Below, in pieces: positions 26,040 to 38,329 of a DNA stretch of 64,000 bases. Numbering within the stretch: the first letter of the stretch is position 1; every line of letters starts with the position of its first letter. The notes beneath the pieces are model-generated. The model did not search any database, had not been told where the DNA came from, and saw nothing but the letters and a program-made list of their open reading frames with translations. The DNA lies in NCBI GenBank assembly GCA_034780895.1, contig JAUZTB010000098.1, positions 85,989,963 through 86,053,962 on the forward strand, in the 5' to 3' direction. Origin of the DNA: Rhynchobatus australiae. Lineage: Eukaryota. The position numbers and the translations under genes were made by a program.

Positions 26040-26345
26040 CCAAAGATCCCCACCATCCGGGCCGTGCCCTCTTCCCGCTGCTCCCATCGGGCAGGAGGTA
26101 CAGAAGCCTGAAGTCCCACACCACCAGGTTCAGGAACAGCGACTTTCCTACAACCATCAGGCTCTTGAACTGACCTGCACAACCCTAACCCCACCTCAGC
26201 AACAGAACACTATGGACCACCTCTTGCACTACCATGGACTTGTCTCTGATTGTGTGTTTTTTGCACTAATGTCTTGTTTTGCACAGTCTTTTCCTCACCG
26301 TCTTGTATAATTTATGTATAATCTACGTTCTGTGTGTTGTCTCAA
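26040..26345 (+). mobile_element. Rex1/Babar 3' end (second subfamily 3' UTR)
   Basis: KDPHHPGRA...LLPSGRRYRSLKSHTTRFRN. Confidence 0.8.
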
Positions 26346-26609
26346 CATACTTGCCTTCAGTCAAGGATGTTCCTGTCTCAGACCTAAATCACAACCCCCT
26401 TATCCTGAGGAGTTGTCCCAGTTCTGGGCTGTTCACCAGCAGATGCACCCTCACACTTCCAGCACCTTCCTTTCCCGATTCACCTGTAAATAACATCATT
26501 CTGAAAGTGAATTCTTGACTAACCATTTCCCACATTACTGCCTACATTCTATGTTACAGTGGGAAGCATAATTCAGTATTGTATCATTGGAATTCATGAG
26601 AGGTGCTAC

Positions 26610-26815
26610 ATTAATGCAGAAAATGCTGGAAACACTCAGCAGGTCAAGCGCCTTCTGTGGAAAGGGAGCCAGAAGCTTTGTTCTGCAAACTAACTTATTT
26701 TCTTTCTTTCTATTTCTGGTGAAGGTCTTGGTCCGGAAATGTTATCTCTGCTTCTTCCTATCAAGATTTTCCAGTATTTACTGCATTTATTTCAGATTTC
26801 CAACATCTGCTGTTT
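26610..26815. repeat. Foldback (probably Penelope-associated) repeat
   Basis: cagaaaatgctggaaacactcagcagg...ttccagtattt...cagatttccaacatctgc. Confidence 0.55.
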
Positions 26816-27434
26816 TTAAAAAAATTTTCATTTAATTTTCTTGAAGGGAAGAGTTCTCCTTCTGATGACTCGTCCTCTGACAAAGGGGTATGCAATAACA
26901 GACTCCAAGATAAACAGTGGTGCTAAGTTAATGGGACTTAGTGCAGGAAATTGTGTGTGCAGTGGAGATTTGGATGAGCTGGATTTCAGGTCAGGTGGAA
27001 ATTAGAGGATAGTGGAAAATTCAGGTCTGATAATTACTTTAGTGAGGCTAGATTTTATGTGGCAAACTGTAAAGTGTATTTAGTCACATTGAACAACATG
27101 GCTTAGTTGTCATTTTTGGATCGAACAAGATGATTGGGTTTTTTGGCAGACACAGATGGAATGGATTTGGCAGAATCATTATGGAACAGCTCCAGGCCTT
27201 CACAACATTGCAGATACTTCCATTGACTTTATGAACCTGAACTGGCAAGCCCAAACTAGAAATGCAGTGAAGTAATTCAACCTAGTAATTAACAAATTAT
27301 CTCAGTAAAATCTGAGAGTCTCTTAAAAGCTGCATGAAGTCAGGAAATACCAAGGCAAGCTGCAAATCATCTGGCTTCAATTCATCAGTTAGAACATTGT
27401 TGTTTGAAATTCAGAGCCTTCAATTTGTCAATTA

Positions 27435-27935
27435 TTGGTTTAGTGCTCACATTTTGCATCTGAACAACATGAGCTGATACCCTCTGGAGATTTGACTGTG
27501 TAGTTGAGGCTGATGTGTGAGAGCACATTGAGGGTGTCCTGGCTGCATTGTTGTGGGGTGCTGTTTTTATGAGTAAATGTTAAACCTAATCCCTGTCTCT
27601 CCTCAGATAGTCATAAAAGATCTCACAGAGCAGTAACTTGGGCCCTGTGCTTTTCAAGGGCTGTGCATTGCTTGGTGCAGGAGTCATCTGACTACAACTT
27701 GACAGTTCATATTCTCCTTGATGTAGTGGAGGTGCTAAAGTAGTGATGTGATATAAAGAAAGAGTCAATTTAATAACCTTAGGAAATATCCTTGTGCTCT
27801 GCAGCTTTAAATTATTGTCATATTGGAACATTGCACCAGCCAATTTGTGTACACAGAAAGATTCCACAACAGCAATGACCTAAATGGCAAAAGAATCAAA
27901 CTGGCAGATGAGGAATAGATGTCAGTCCTGAACAC
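27435..27935. mobile_element. Two Deu-type SINE fragments in opposite orientation
   Basis: + strand aggctgat...attgaggg...gcattgttg...tgttaaacc; - strand cagccaatttgtgtacacagaaagattccacaacagcaatg. Confidence 0.5.
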
Positions 27936-28071
27936 TATTGTTCTTTGGTCAGTATCAACTGTGATTATACAATATTTGCTAAAATTAAGAGTGTATTCTC
28001 CAACCTCGGAACCAATAGCTTTCTAATCTACAGTCAAGCAGCTGATGAATGAATGAAGATGAATGAAATGA

Positions 28072-29732
28072 ATACTACAGATCTGTGCGGACCAACTGGC
28101 TGGTGTATTTACGAACATATTCAACCTCTCGGTTCTGTGGTCTGAGGTTTCCACCTGCTTCAAAAAGGCATCTATTGTACCAGTGCCAAAGAAAAGCGTG
28201 GTGACCTGCTTCAATGACTACCATCTGGTGGTGCTTATATCAACCATACTGAAGTGCTTCGAGAGGTTGCTTATGGCATGAATTAACTCCTGCCTTAGAG
28301 ATAACCTAGATCCGCTTCATTTTGCCTACCACCATAAGAGGTCTACAGCAGATGCGATTTCTTTGGCTCTTCACTCTGCTCTGGATCACCTGGATGACAG
28401 GAACTCATACATCAGGCTGCTGTTCATCGACTACAGCTCAGTGCTCAACAGAATTGTCCCATCCAAACTCATCATCAAGCTTCAAGACCTGAGCCTCTGT
28501 ACCTCCCTCTGCAACCGGACCCTTAAATTCCTCATGGGCAGACCTCGGTCAGTGAGGATTGGTAACAACATCTCCTCCTCGCTGATAATCAACACAGGTG
28601 CACCTTAAGGCTGCATACTTAGCCCCTTGCTCATCTCTTTGTACACACATGACTGTGTGGCTAAGCACAGCTCCAATGCCATCTTCAAATTTGCCGATGA
28701 CACTACTGTTGTTGTCTGATGCCACTACAGGTGGCAATGAGACAGTGGTCACTGTCTGTAAGGAGTTTGTACGTTCTCCTGTGTCTGCGTGGGTTTCCTC
28801 CGGGTGCTCCGGTTTCCTCCCACANNNNNNNNNNNNNNNNNNNNNNNNNNNNNNNNNNNNNNNNNNNNNNNNNNNNNNNNNNNNNNNNNNNNNNNNNNNN
28901 NNNNNNNNNNNNNNNNNNNNNNNNCAGAACTGAAGGTCTGATTGTTGACTTCAGGAAGGGGAAGGAGGGTGAACATGTGCCAGTCTACATTGGGGGATCA
29001 GCAGTGGAGAGAGTCAGCAGCTTTAAATTCCTGGGCATTAATGTATCAGATGACCGGTCCAGGGCCCAGCACATAGATGCAATCATAAGGAAAGCGCCCC
29101 AGCATCTTTACTTTCGTAGGATATTAAAGAGGTTCAGCTTGTCACTGAACACTCTAACAAACTTCTACGGATGTAATGTTGAAAATATCCTGACTGGTAG
29201 CAAGATTGATAGTACGGCAATTCAAATGTGCACAAATGTAAGAAGCTGCAGAGAGTAGGCCCAATACATCACAGGCACATCCCTCTCCATGACTGGTAGT
29301 ATCTATAGAAAGTGCTGCCTCAAGAAGGCAACATGCATCATCAAGGATCCCCATCATCTGGACCATGTCAGCTTTTTGCAACTACTATGGGGCAGGAGGT
29401 ACAGAAGCCTGAGTTCCCACATCACCAGGTTCAAGAACATCTATATCTCTTCAACCATTCGGTTCTTGAACCAACCTGCAAAACTGTAATCACTACAGTT
29501 TAGCAACACTGTCACCACTTTGATCACTTTGCACTAAAATGGACTTTGTTTCTTTTTGTTTTGTGTTCTTTCTTGTAAAAATTGTGTATCATTTATGTTT
29601 AATTTATGTTTTTCTTGTAATGCTACTTATATGATGCTATGTGCCTGTGATGCTGCTGCAAGTAAGTTTTTCATTGCACCTGTGCATACATATATTTGTG
29701 CACATGACAATAATGACTTTGACTTGACTTGA
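28072..29732 (+). mobile_element. Rex1/Babar LINE reverse transcriptase region plus 3' UTR, decayed
   Basis: CADQLAGVFTNIFNLS...IVPVPKK...KCFERL...RLLFIDYSS...NTGAP*GCILSPLL...FKFADDTTVV, containing RT motifs with in-frame stops. Tail (gactt)n. Confidence 0.92.
28745..28824 (+). mobile_element. V-SINE fragment nested in the Rex1 reverse transcriptase
   Basis: ctgtctgtaaggagtttgtacgttctcc...gggtttcctccgggtgctccggtttcctcccaca, running into a gap. Confidence 0.8.
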
Positions 29733-30639
29733 AGTTGATATCTGGGTTGCACCCACACTAAATCTATTTTCTTTATGGATGCTAATGAATTTGCTCAGGG
29801 TATTTGCACATTTCTATAACCATGCTTTGTTTTGAATGCAACTGTTTCCTGCAGACCTTCTTACTTTAAGAAACATTTAATCTATTTTGGCCATCAATCT
29901 GCCAAATCCCTTGCAGTTGTCGGAACTAGACTATAATATCTGGCAGACAATAACGAAGTCCACACAATCAAAAAAAAAATTCCACAAGAACCTTAATGGA
30001 CCTTCAAGCAAATCTAGCAGGGTGTCAACAGAGAAGCAATTGATGATTTAGGAATTGAAAGGTTGAAAACAGTCTAGCAGTTAAATAGATACCTTTCACA
30101 TTCACTCAATAATTTATCCAGCACTTCTAAANNNNNNNNNNNNNNNNNNNNNNNNNNNNNNNNNNNNNNNNNNNNNNNNNNNNNNNNNNNNNNNNNNNNN
30201 NNNNNNNNNNNNNNNNNNNNNNNNNNNNNNNAATAGATACCTTTCACATTCACTCAATAATTTATCCAGCACTTCTAAACAAAACATTATTGCTCTAGAT
30301 AATTGTTTATTAATGCAGAGGTACTGCACTGAACTGTATTGAATAATTGTATTGGCTGTACTGTGTGTACCTGCTTTGCTTGTTGCTGTAGATGTTCTGT
30401 TAATACTGCTATTGATTATTACTGCAGCTTTTGCTGGTTACTGTGTTATTTCCTCGATCAACTGTTATTGCAGGTATTGATAGTTACTGCAATGTTGTCG
30501 GCATCAACTGTTACTGCGGAAAGTGACTGTCCTGCCTATTATTGCAAATATTGCAATATTTGAATTTGCTGTTGAGATGATGAGTAGTGGCATCCACCGT
30601 ATTTATATTTACGTATGTGTAACTTTTTTGTTTTTTCAG

Positions 30640-30700
30640 TTATTTGGCTAATTACGACTGAGCAATTAGGTTGTGGAAGTGACTGCAGAAAACCTGATGG
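30640..30700 (+). other. Candidate internal exon (61 nt)
   Basis: Branch-like tgtaac, long T tract and CAG acceptor; donor TGG|GTAAGT. One open frame: IWLITTEQLGCGSDCRKPD. Confidence 0.4.
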
Positions 30701-31687
30701 GTAAGTGGAGCCAATCTTTAGATCATTTCTGAAATGTGCAGATGATAAGCCTCAGGTTGATTTGATTATCACCAGATGGGAGAGTAGAGCATTTTGCCTG
30801 GAATTTTAATCTGCCTACACAGTAGTGAGTTTTCATTTTTTCTTCCCTCTCTTTTGTGACACAGGTGATCCCCGTGGGCTCTGAGGAGCTCGGACCCTGT
30901 GTGTAATTCTTCACCTGCCCATCCTTTCTGTCTGTGAATTCACGTGGATGGTTCTACCTTGCAGAGGAGGTTTCATACTTGAGCCTGTTACTGGAATCAC
31001 TCTGATCTTCAGTGGCTGGTTGTTAAATGAGCCCCAGGGACCAATATCAGGGGAACTGAATCTTCAATCTTCTAGTTTGCCAAAGGCTGTGTCAAGTTGC
31101 ACTAAATTTTAACTAGAGTTGGACTGCAAACTGATGCAATGATAATGAACTCCATGGTCTGTTGGATATTTTCAGCTCTGATTTTATGGGAGAAGCAAAC
31201 CTTTTGTGATGCTCTGATTTTATAAACCAAATTATTGTCTTGTTTATATAAAAATGAACTATTCAAATGTCTTATGCAGTTTACCCCCCCCCTTCCCATT
31301 CATCCAGCCAGAATGGGTGCATCCCCAATTTCTGCCCCAGTGTAGTTTTGACAAAGTATGAGATATAAATGTGGAATAATTGTCAATTTAGAAGCCTAGG
31401 ATAATGAGGATAATGTTCTTGCATAAATTGTACTTTGTTTGTAAGTTGTGGGTGTTTATCCTGTGGTTTTGCTCTTGGCCTGGTAATTCTGGAAATGGAG
31501 TATTAATTGACAATACTGCATGAACTAGTGAGTTTAAGGTTGGGCAAGGTGTATGACCCTTATTGAACAGCCAATTGTGCAGCAAACAAAATCAATTTAC
31601 TTGGGAAACAAAGTCTGAAAAGGTGAGGGAATAGAACTACGGCAACTTCTCCCAGTGAAAACAGAATAATTTCTCCAGAAAGATAAA

Positions 31688-31800
31688 GGGGCAGCACAAT
31701 AGCACAGCTTGTAGAGCGGTTGCCTTAGAGCTTCGGTGACCTGAGTTTAATCTTGACCTTGGGTGCTGTCTGTATGGAGTTTGCATGTTCTCCATATAAC
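31688..31800 (+). mobile_element. HE1/V-SINE 5' part
   Basis: ggggcagcacaatagcacagcttgtagagc...gggtgctgtctgtatggagtttgcatgttctcc. Confidence 0.75.
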
Positions 31801-31824
31801 CCCTTAAGTCTATGAGTGATCTGA

Positions 31825-32520
31825 TGTTGTCCTCAGCACTACATTCATTCTTTACCCCATAACTCATGATTCCTTCATACATTAGCCTTGAATATGTTCA
31901 ACAATTCAACCTCTGTGGCTCTTGGGGGGGGGGGGTTGAGACTCTCAACTCATCTGTTTTAAATGATCATCCCCTTATTTTGAAGCTTTGTTCCAATTCC
32001 AGATTCGCCACTGGGGGAATACATCCTTTCAACATATGCCTTTAAAAGCCCCATTAATATTCTTCCATGTCTCATCTCCTCTCAACTCCAAAGAACATAG
32101 AGCCAAACTACTCAACCTTTCCTCATTGGATAACTCCTATGCGCCAAAAATCAATGTCCTAAGCATTGCCTTAAATATAAGTATATCCCTCCTTAAATAT
32201 GGAAAACAAGCCTCTATATTGTGGCCCAGGTGCAGACCCACCAGTGCTGTGTATATTTATTGTAGGACTTCTCCACTTTCCTACTCCATCCTCTTACAAA
32301 GAAGGACACAGTTCCACTTGCCTTTTTATTATCTTACTGCAACTGCAATTTAACATTCTGTGTCTTATGTACAAGAACAAACCAGATGCATGTAGTCACA
32401 TGCATTTAAACAGTAATCTGCTTTATTCTTTGTAGTGGCCTCCCATGCTACTCTATCCTTTCTTAGGTAAGGGGGCAGGAATTGTCCATTCTACTCCAAA
32501 TCTGATCTCACCAATGCTCN
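31825..32520 (-). mobile_element. Old CR1 LINE fragments
   Basis: tcaacctctgtggctc..., cctctcaactccaaagaacatag and tactccaaatctgatctcacca. Confidence 0.55.
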
Positions 32521-35500
32521 NNNNNNNNNNNNNNNNNNNNNNNNNNNNNNNNNNNNNNNNNNNNNNNNNNNNNNAGTAAAGTGTCCTAGCTACAGAGAAA
32601 GTGCAGTGCAATAAGGTGCAAGGTCACAATAATTCACAGACAAGAACACCCAGATCTCTCCCTCTCTGTACTTCACTCATTTGCATTCTCTCTCCATCTC
32701 GATAATAAAGTAGCTGCTCCCGGTCTACTTTTACAAGGCCCTTTCTTATGATATTGAAATTAGTATCCCCCAGTTAAGGACCTTAATATCCAGACCATTT
32801 TATTCCTTTCCATAACTGCATTGGAACTTAAGAGTTATGGTCACCATCTCAAAATGTTCTGCCACTGACATGTTAAACACTTACCCAGCTACATTCGCTT
32901 ACATTAGTTCCAGTACTGCCCCTTCGCCAGGAGTATAATCTACACAATGCTTTAAATATTCCATCCTCTTTATGCCTTTCACACTAAAGTGATCCCAGTT
33001 AATACTAGTCTGCCTATTCATTATCATTCTTACATTGTGGCATAACTGTCAACATCTTCCTCTTTCTTTCTGTGAAAGAATGCTTAAAGAGTTGGGATGT
33101 AGGGGTTGTGAAGATGGCATTTGTTTGGATATGTGTGATTCATTGCTTGGACTGTGAAGAATCTCGCTCAGTACCAAACCTTGAATGAATTTGCCTCGAC
33201 TGAGTAAATAGTCCAAGCAACACAACACGTTAGAAGTGCAATTCTACATCTTCAATTTCTCCATGCTGGCCCAGCATCAACCTGGTCAGCTGAATGATTT
33301 TTTTTCAACACGTTGAATTAAAAGCAAAGAGAGATCATGATCACTGAGTGAACCTGCAAAATGTGGAATGAATCAAGTTCATTACTGTTTTCGGAGAGCT
33401 TGTGAGAGGCTACTTTCAGTAAGTAGAACTTCCTTTGTCAATATTTCTCTCATTTCCCCCAAATAATAGTTTAAGCNNNNNNNNNNNNNNNNNNNNNNNN
33501 NNNNNNNNNNNNNNNNNNNNNNNNNNNNNNNNNNNNNNNNNNNNNNNNNNNNNNNNNNNNNNNNNNNNNNNNNNNNTAAGCTGTGCGATGATTGGAAAGT
33601 GAGCTTGCTCCAGTAGCATGAATCAACACCTTCAGAAGAGGAGGAGATGAGGGGTGCAAATAATGTAATGTATACATGTACATAATGGTTTCTATGATTA
33701 TAGTTTGCCCCAAAGTGCTTTCCAACCAACTTGCTCTTGGCAATTTGGCTACCAGATTTCCTACATTAAATTACAATATTTTAATGTAGGAAACCTGGAA
33801 GTCAAATATCCATTCATAAGATCACACATATTTATCAGATAATCTATTTTTATTCATAATGATTGCATGGTAAATAATGACCAGTAAACTGAGAGCAGCT
33901 CTGCTCTTTTTCTATGAAACAATGAATTGCACTCGTAATGCAAAACATCCTGAAGCACTTTTGAGGAATTTCAGCAAATAAAGTATGACCAAAGAGGGTA
34001 TATATTAGGATAGATGGCTTAAAAGCTTAGTCAAAGGAGCTGGCTGTTCAGGAATGTCTTAAAAGACAAATGATAGAATAGCTTCAAGAGAAAGTTTCTG
34101 AGCTTAGTGAGTAGACAACTGAAAGTACACCAAGACAATAGTGAGGTGAAGAAATGTGCAATGATGAAAGAAAGTAAGAACAGATTTAAAAATAAAATTC
34201 ATCCTTCAGAAGGATATATCTGCTGACTGGCATTTGCCAGTCCTTCTGTACTATTGAATTTAAAGTTCAACAGAATTGATATGAGGAGAAATCGCATCAT
34301 CAAAAGGTGAAGAATTGTTCTCTTCTGTGGAAGATTGTAGAGGCTTAATCAATGATTGCATTCGCAATGGAGAACAATAGCTTTCCTGATGTTGGAGGAA
34401 TCAAGAGATATAGGAATAAGGGTGGAAAATGGATTATTAGAGATAGATCTGCAATGATCTTGATGAATGGTGGATCAAATTTGAGGGCTAAATGACCTAC
34501 TTCTCCTATTATTAAATTCTTCTGAAGTAAAATTAAAGATATTGCAATTATGCAATATCAGCATCTCCCAAAATTCCTCAGTTTCTGAAAGACTTTTTTT
34601 GATGTGCAATCGCTGTTATAAATTGTGGTCAGCAAGTGAATGAAGGCAACATGTGCTCACAGTCAGTGAAGGCAGCATGGACTTGAGTTGTACAATCTGG
34701 GATGGTCTAAAGATGAATATGTTGTTGAGTTTGGTAGTTTCAGCCAGAGTAGGAGTAGGAAACATAATAAGGCAATATAATATAACATACAGGAAAAGGG
34801 GGCAGGTCACAATGGGTTCAGAGATACAAACTGAACCAACAGTAGGCATTTTGACAGAGCTGAAAGTATGCTTTGTTTTAATTTTCCACTTGGATTTCCT
34901 TCGGAACGCTTTCCATTGTGGTAGAAATCTGAACCTGAATGTGAAAGAAGCAGAATCTTTGGACGTGAGTCAAGATTTAATTTGCATCACAGATTCTCGA
35001 TAATGGTTTCAGTGGAGGGAATCTGGATGTGAATTTGATGGATTCTGTGGCTGAGTAATTGCAACCAGCTGAACAGATGAACCAAGGTTATCCAGGCAAT
35101 ACCTTGGATGTTAGCTAGATCCTGTAGGTGATTGAGAGAGCTACGCACCATTTCAATTTTCTTTAAAGATTGTATTTCATGCTTTATTGTACCTCCATAT
35201 TTTTACACCTTCCTGGGTCTCATTATTCTTTCAGGGCATATGGTATTGCTGGCAAGTCCAGCATTTATTTCTTAAGTTTAAATGCCACCGAGAAGATGGA
35301 AGTAGCTGCCTTCCTGAACTAAAAGTACTCTTACAATGCTGGTAGGTAGGGAATTTGATGATTTGGAAATGAAACCCATTGACAGTGAATAAAGAGCCAT
35401 ATGTTTGTCTTAGGATAATGTGCGCTTTGAGGGGAAAATGGGATTGGTCATGGAACCTTTCCCAGCTCTACAACCTTCTGCTATCCCTATGTTCCTCCAG

Positions 35501-37199
35501 TAACTTGACCCTTTGGCATTTTCCTTTACCTTACCATCTAGGTAGGTCATAAGCTTTTGAATTCCTTTCTTAAATGTCACCAGCTCTTTCACCCATCCTT
35601 TACTTCTTTGACCAAGGCATTTGTTCATCTGTCATAATAAGTCTTTGCTTGACATATTGTCAAATATTAATGTTCCTATGAAGTGCATTGGAATATTTTG
35701 GTGCATTTGTGGTACTACACATACAAAAATGCACAAACTGTTGTGATTGAATGAGGTACAATTAAATGAAAGGTTAAAACTATATAATATTAAACAACTG
35801 TAAATAAAGCACAAGAATGATCATTTCTGATAATCAAATGTGCTGCTTATTTAGATGTATGTTTATGAGTGGTCATTGGTGCAAAGGTTTTATGGAAATG
35901 TGTTCTCTCTTATAATTACTATAATCAGATAGCTTTCCTTTCATGAAATTGATGGTGAAGGATGAGGCTTTCTTTGTCTATTTCTGATATACATTCATGT
36001 TGCAGTTAATACTGAGGACAGGAGTGGAATTGTTGCTTTGGCTGTGGTGCAGCTCAGTAAAGCCCACAGGAAGCGGAAAAGGTCTGCTTTTGTTTTGGTG
36101 TGAAGCAATGTAACCGACAGAAGCTTTGTACTGTTAATACGTTTTTATTGTGGACTATAAGCAGNNNNNNNNNNNNNNNNNNNNNNNNNNNNNNNNNNNN
36201 NNNNNNNNNNNNNNNNNNNNNNNNNNNNNNNNNNNNNNNNNNNNNNNNNNNNNNNNNNNNNNNNNNNNNNNNNNNNNNNNNNNNNNNNNNNNNNNNNNNN
36301 NNNNNNNNNNNNNNNNNNNNNNNNNNNNNNNNNNNNNNNNNNNNNNNNNNNNNNNNNNNNNNNNNNNNNNNNNNNNNNNNNNNNNNNNNNNNNNNNNNNN
36401 NNNNNNNNNNNNNNNNNNNNNNNNNNNNNNNNNNNNNNNNNNNNNNNNNNNNNNNNNNNNNNNNNNNNNNNNNNNNNNNNNNNNNNNNNNNNNNNNNNNN
36501 NNNNNNNNNNNNNNNNNNNNNNNNNNNNNNNNNNNNNNNTGAAGGTTGCCATTTCCTGATAGTGAATACTTGATTTGCAATTTTAACTCTGGTTGCTAAA
36601 AGGGGATTTGGGGTTGAGGAGGGTGGAAGAGCATGGTGGACATGAAGCCCAGGATATTTTAACTCACTTGGAACCAGGGAAATGGGGATAGAGTGGAATA
36701 TGAAGGGCTGTAGATGATCCATCATGAAGCTAAAGAGATTTTAACTTGGTGGAAATGGGATCAGATGCTGAAACTTTGACGAAAGATCTGGAACAATTTC
36801 AGTTCCTGAGCCTCATTTAAATTTCCCCATGTTTTCTCTTGAACGAGGATGATTTTAGGGAAAACCTGCAGGGCTTGGGAGACAATGGACATGCTACCCC
36901 AGCAAGGGAAGGGAACAAAGTGAGGTTGGGAGGAGCAGAAAGGGCAGAGGAAATCCAGGGGTTCTTTGACAGACTTGGAGCAGCACTCCTGTATCAACTG
37001 TGCCACAAGGTTAACCTTCAGGAATTTACTGAGAAACCTGGTGCCCTTCAGGGTGTCCCTTTGTTCTGAAAGCTTCTTGAAGTGGGAAGTCTTTATCTGT
37101 TTCTTTCTTCCTACACCCTTTCATAATTTAAAAGGCAGAACTTTAACATTTTTGGCATCTTTATATCTTTTGTATAGTTTAGGGGCAGACAATTTAGAC

Positions 37200-38085
37200 A
37201 GAATCAGAATAGGTTTATCATCACTGACATATGTCGTGAAATTTGTTGTATTATGGCAGCAGTACAGTGCAAGGACATAAAAAATCACTATAAGTTACAA
37301 AAATAAATAAATAGTGCAAAAGAGGAATAATGAGGTAGTGTTCATGGGTTCATAGACCTTTCAGAAATTTGATGGCGGAGGGGAAGAAACTGTTCCTGAA
37401 ACGTTGAGTGTGTGTCTTTAGGCTCCTGCACCTCCTCCCTGATAGTAGTAACTAGAATGTCCTGGATGGTGAGGGTCCTTAGTGATGGATGCTGCCTTCT
37501 TGAGGCACCATCTCTTGAAGATGTCCTTGATGGCAGTTGGGGGGTGGCAGTGGTCATGCCCATGATGGAGCTGGCTGAGTCTACAACCCTTTGCAGCCTC
37601 TTTCAACCATGCACATTGGAACCTCCATTACCAGGAGATGATGCAACCAGTCAGAATGCTCTCCACCTTACATCTGTAGAAATTTGCAAGAGTCTTTGGT
37701 GACATACCAAGTCTCCTTAAACTGTTAATGANNNNNNNNNNNNNNNNNNNNNNNNNNNNNNNNNNNNNNNNNNNNNNNNNNNNNNNNNNNNNNNNNNNNN
37801 NNNNNNNNNNNNNNNNNNNNNNNNNNNNNNNAGATGATGCAACCAGTCAGAATGCTCTCCACCGTACATCTGTAGAAATTTGCAAGAGTCTTTGGTGACA
37901 TACCAAGTCTCCTTAAACTGTTAATGAAGTAGAGCCTCTGGTGTGCTTTCTTCATGATTGCATCAATGTGTTGGGTCCAAGATAGATCGTCCGAGATGTT
38001 GACGCCCAGGAAATTGAAGCAGTTCACCCTTTCTACCACTGACCCCTCAATGAAGACTGGTGTGTGTTCTCCCAACTTCCCCTTC
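37200..38085 (-). mobile_element. Rex1/Babar LINE 3' part
   Basis: GEHTPVFIEGSVVERVNCFNFLGVNISDDLSWTQHIDAIMKKAHQRLYF...RCTVESILTGC; (agaatc) tail at 37200. Close to the copy at 15.2-15.9 kb. Confidence 0.9.
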
Positions 38086-38329
38086 TCCTGACTCCTAACT
38101 TAAATTAGATGTGATGCAGATTTTTCTCTTGTCCTTTTGTTAGGCAGCCCAAAAGATCAAAGATAACAAAGAGTTCTGTCACGACTGATGAGGCTAATGT
38201 GAGAATGACAGATTCTGCCTCAGGTGGTGTTGGAGGTGCTTGAAGGGTGGGTGGGTTGTAAAGGAGATTGTGTGCTCCTTCCACTGTTTTCACAGGGTTT
38301 CTGTGTATTAGTGACAAAAAGACTCGAGG

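Noticed and set aside
25747-26310. 187-aa ORF
   Set aside because: Non-ATG start, and the distal half is an off-frame reading of a Rex1 3' end.
30339-30563. Cys-rich 74-aa ORF resembling a metallothionein
   Set aside because: It starts at TTG and the cysteines arise from TG-rich low-complexity DNA. It lacks the Lys/Ser-rich metallothionein pattern.
34160-34230. ATGATGA...CTGA box C/D-like pair
   Set aside because: No terminal stem or recognisable guide, and it lies between decayed repeats.
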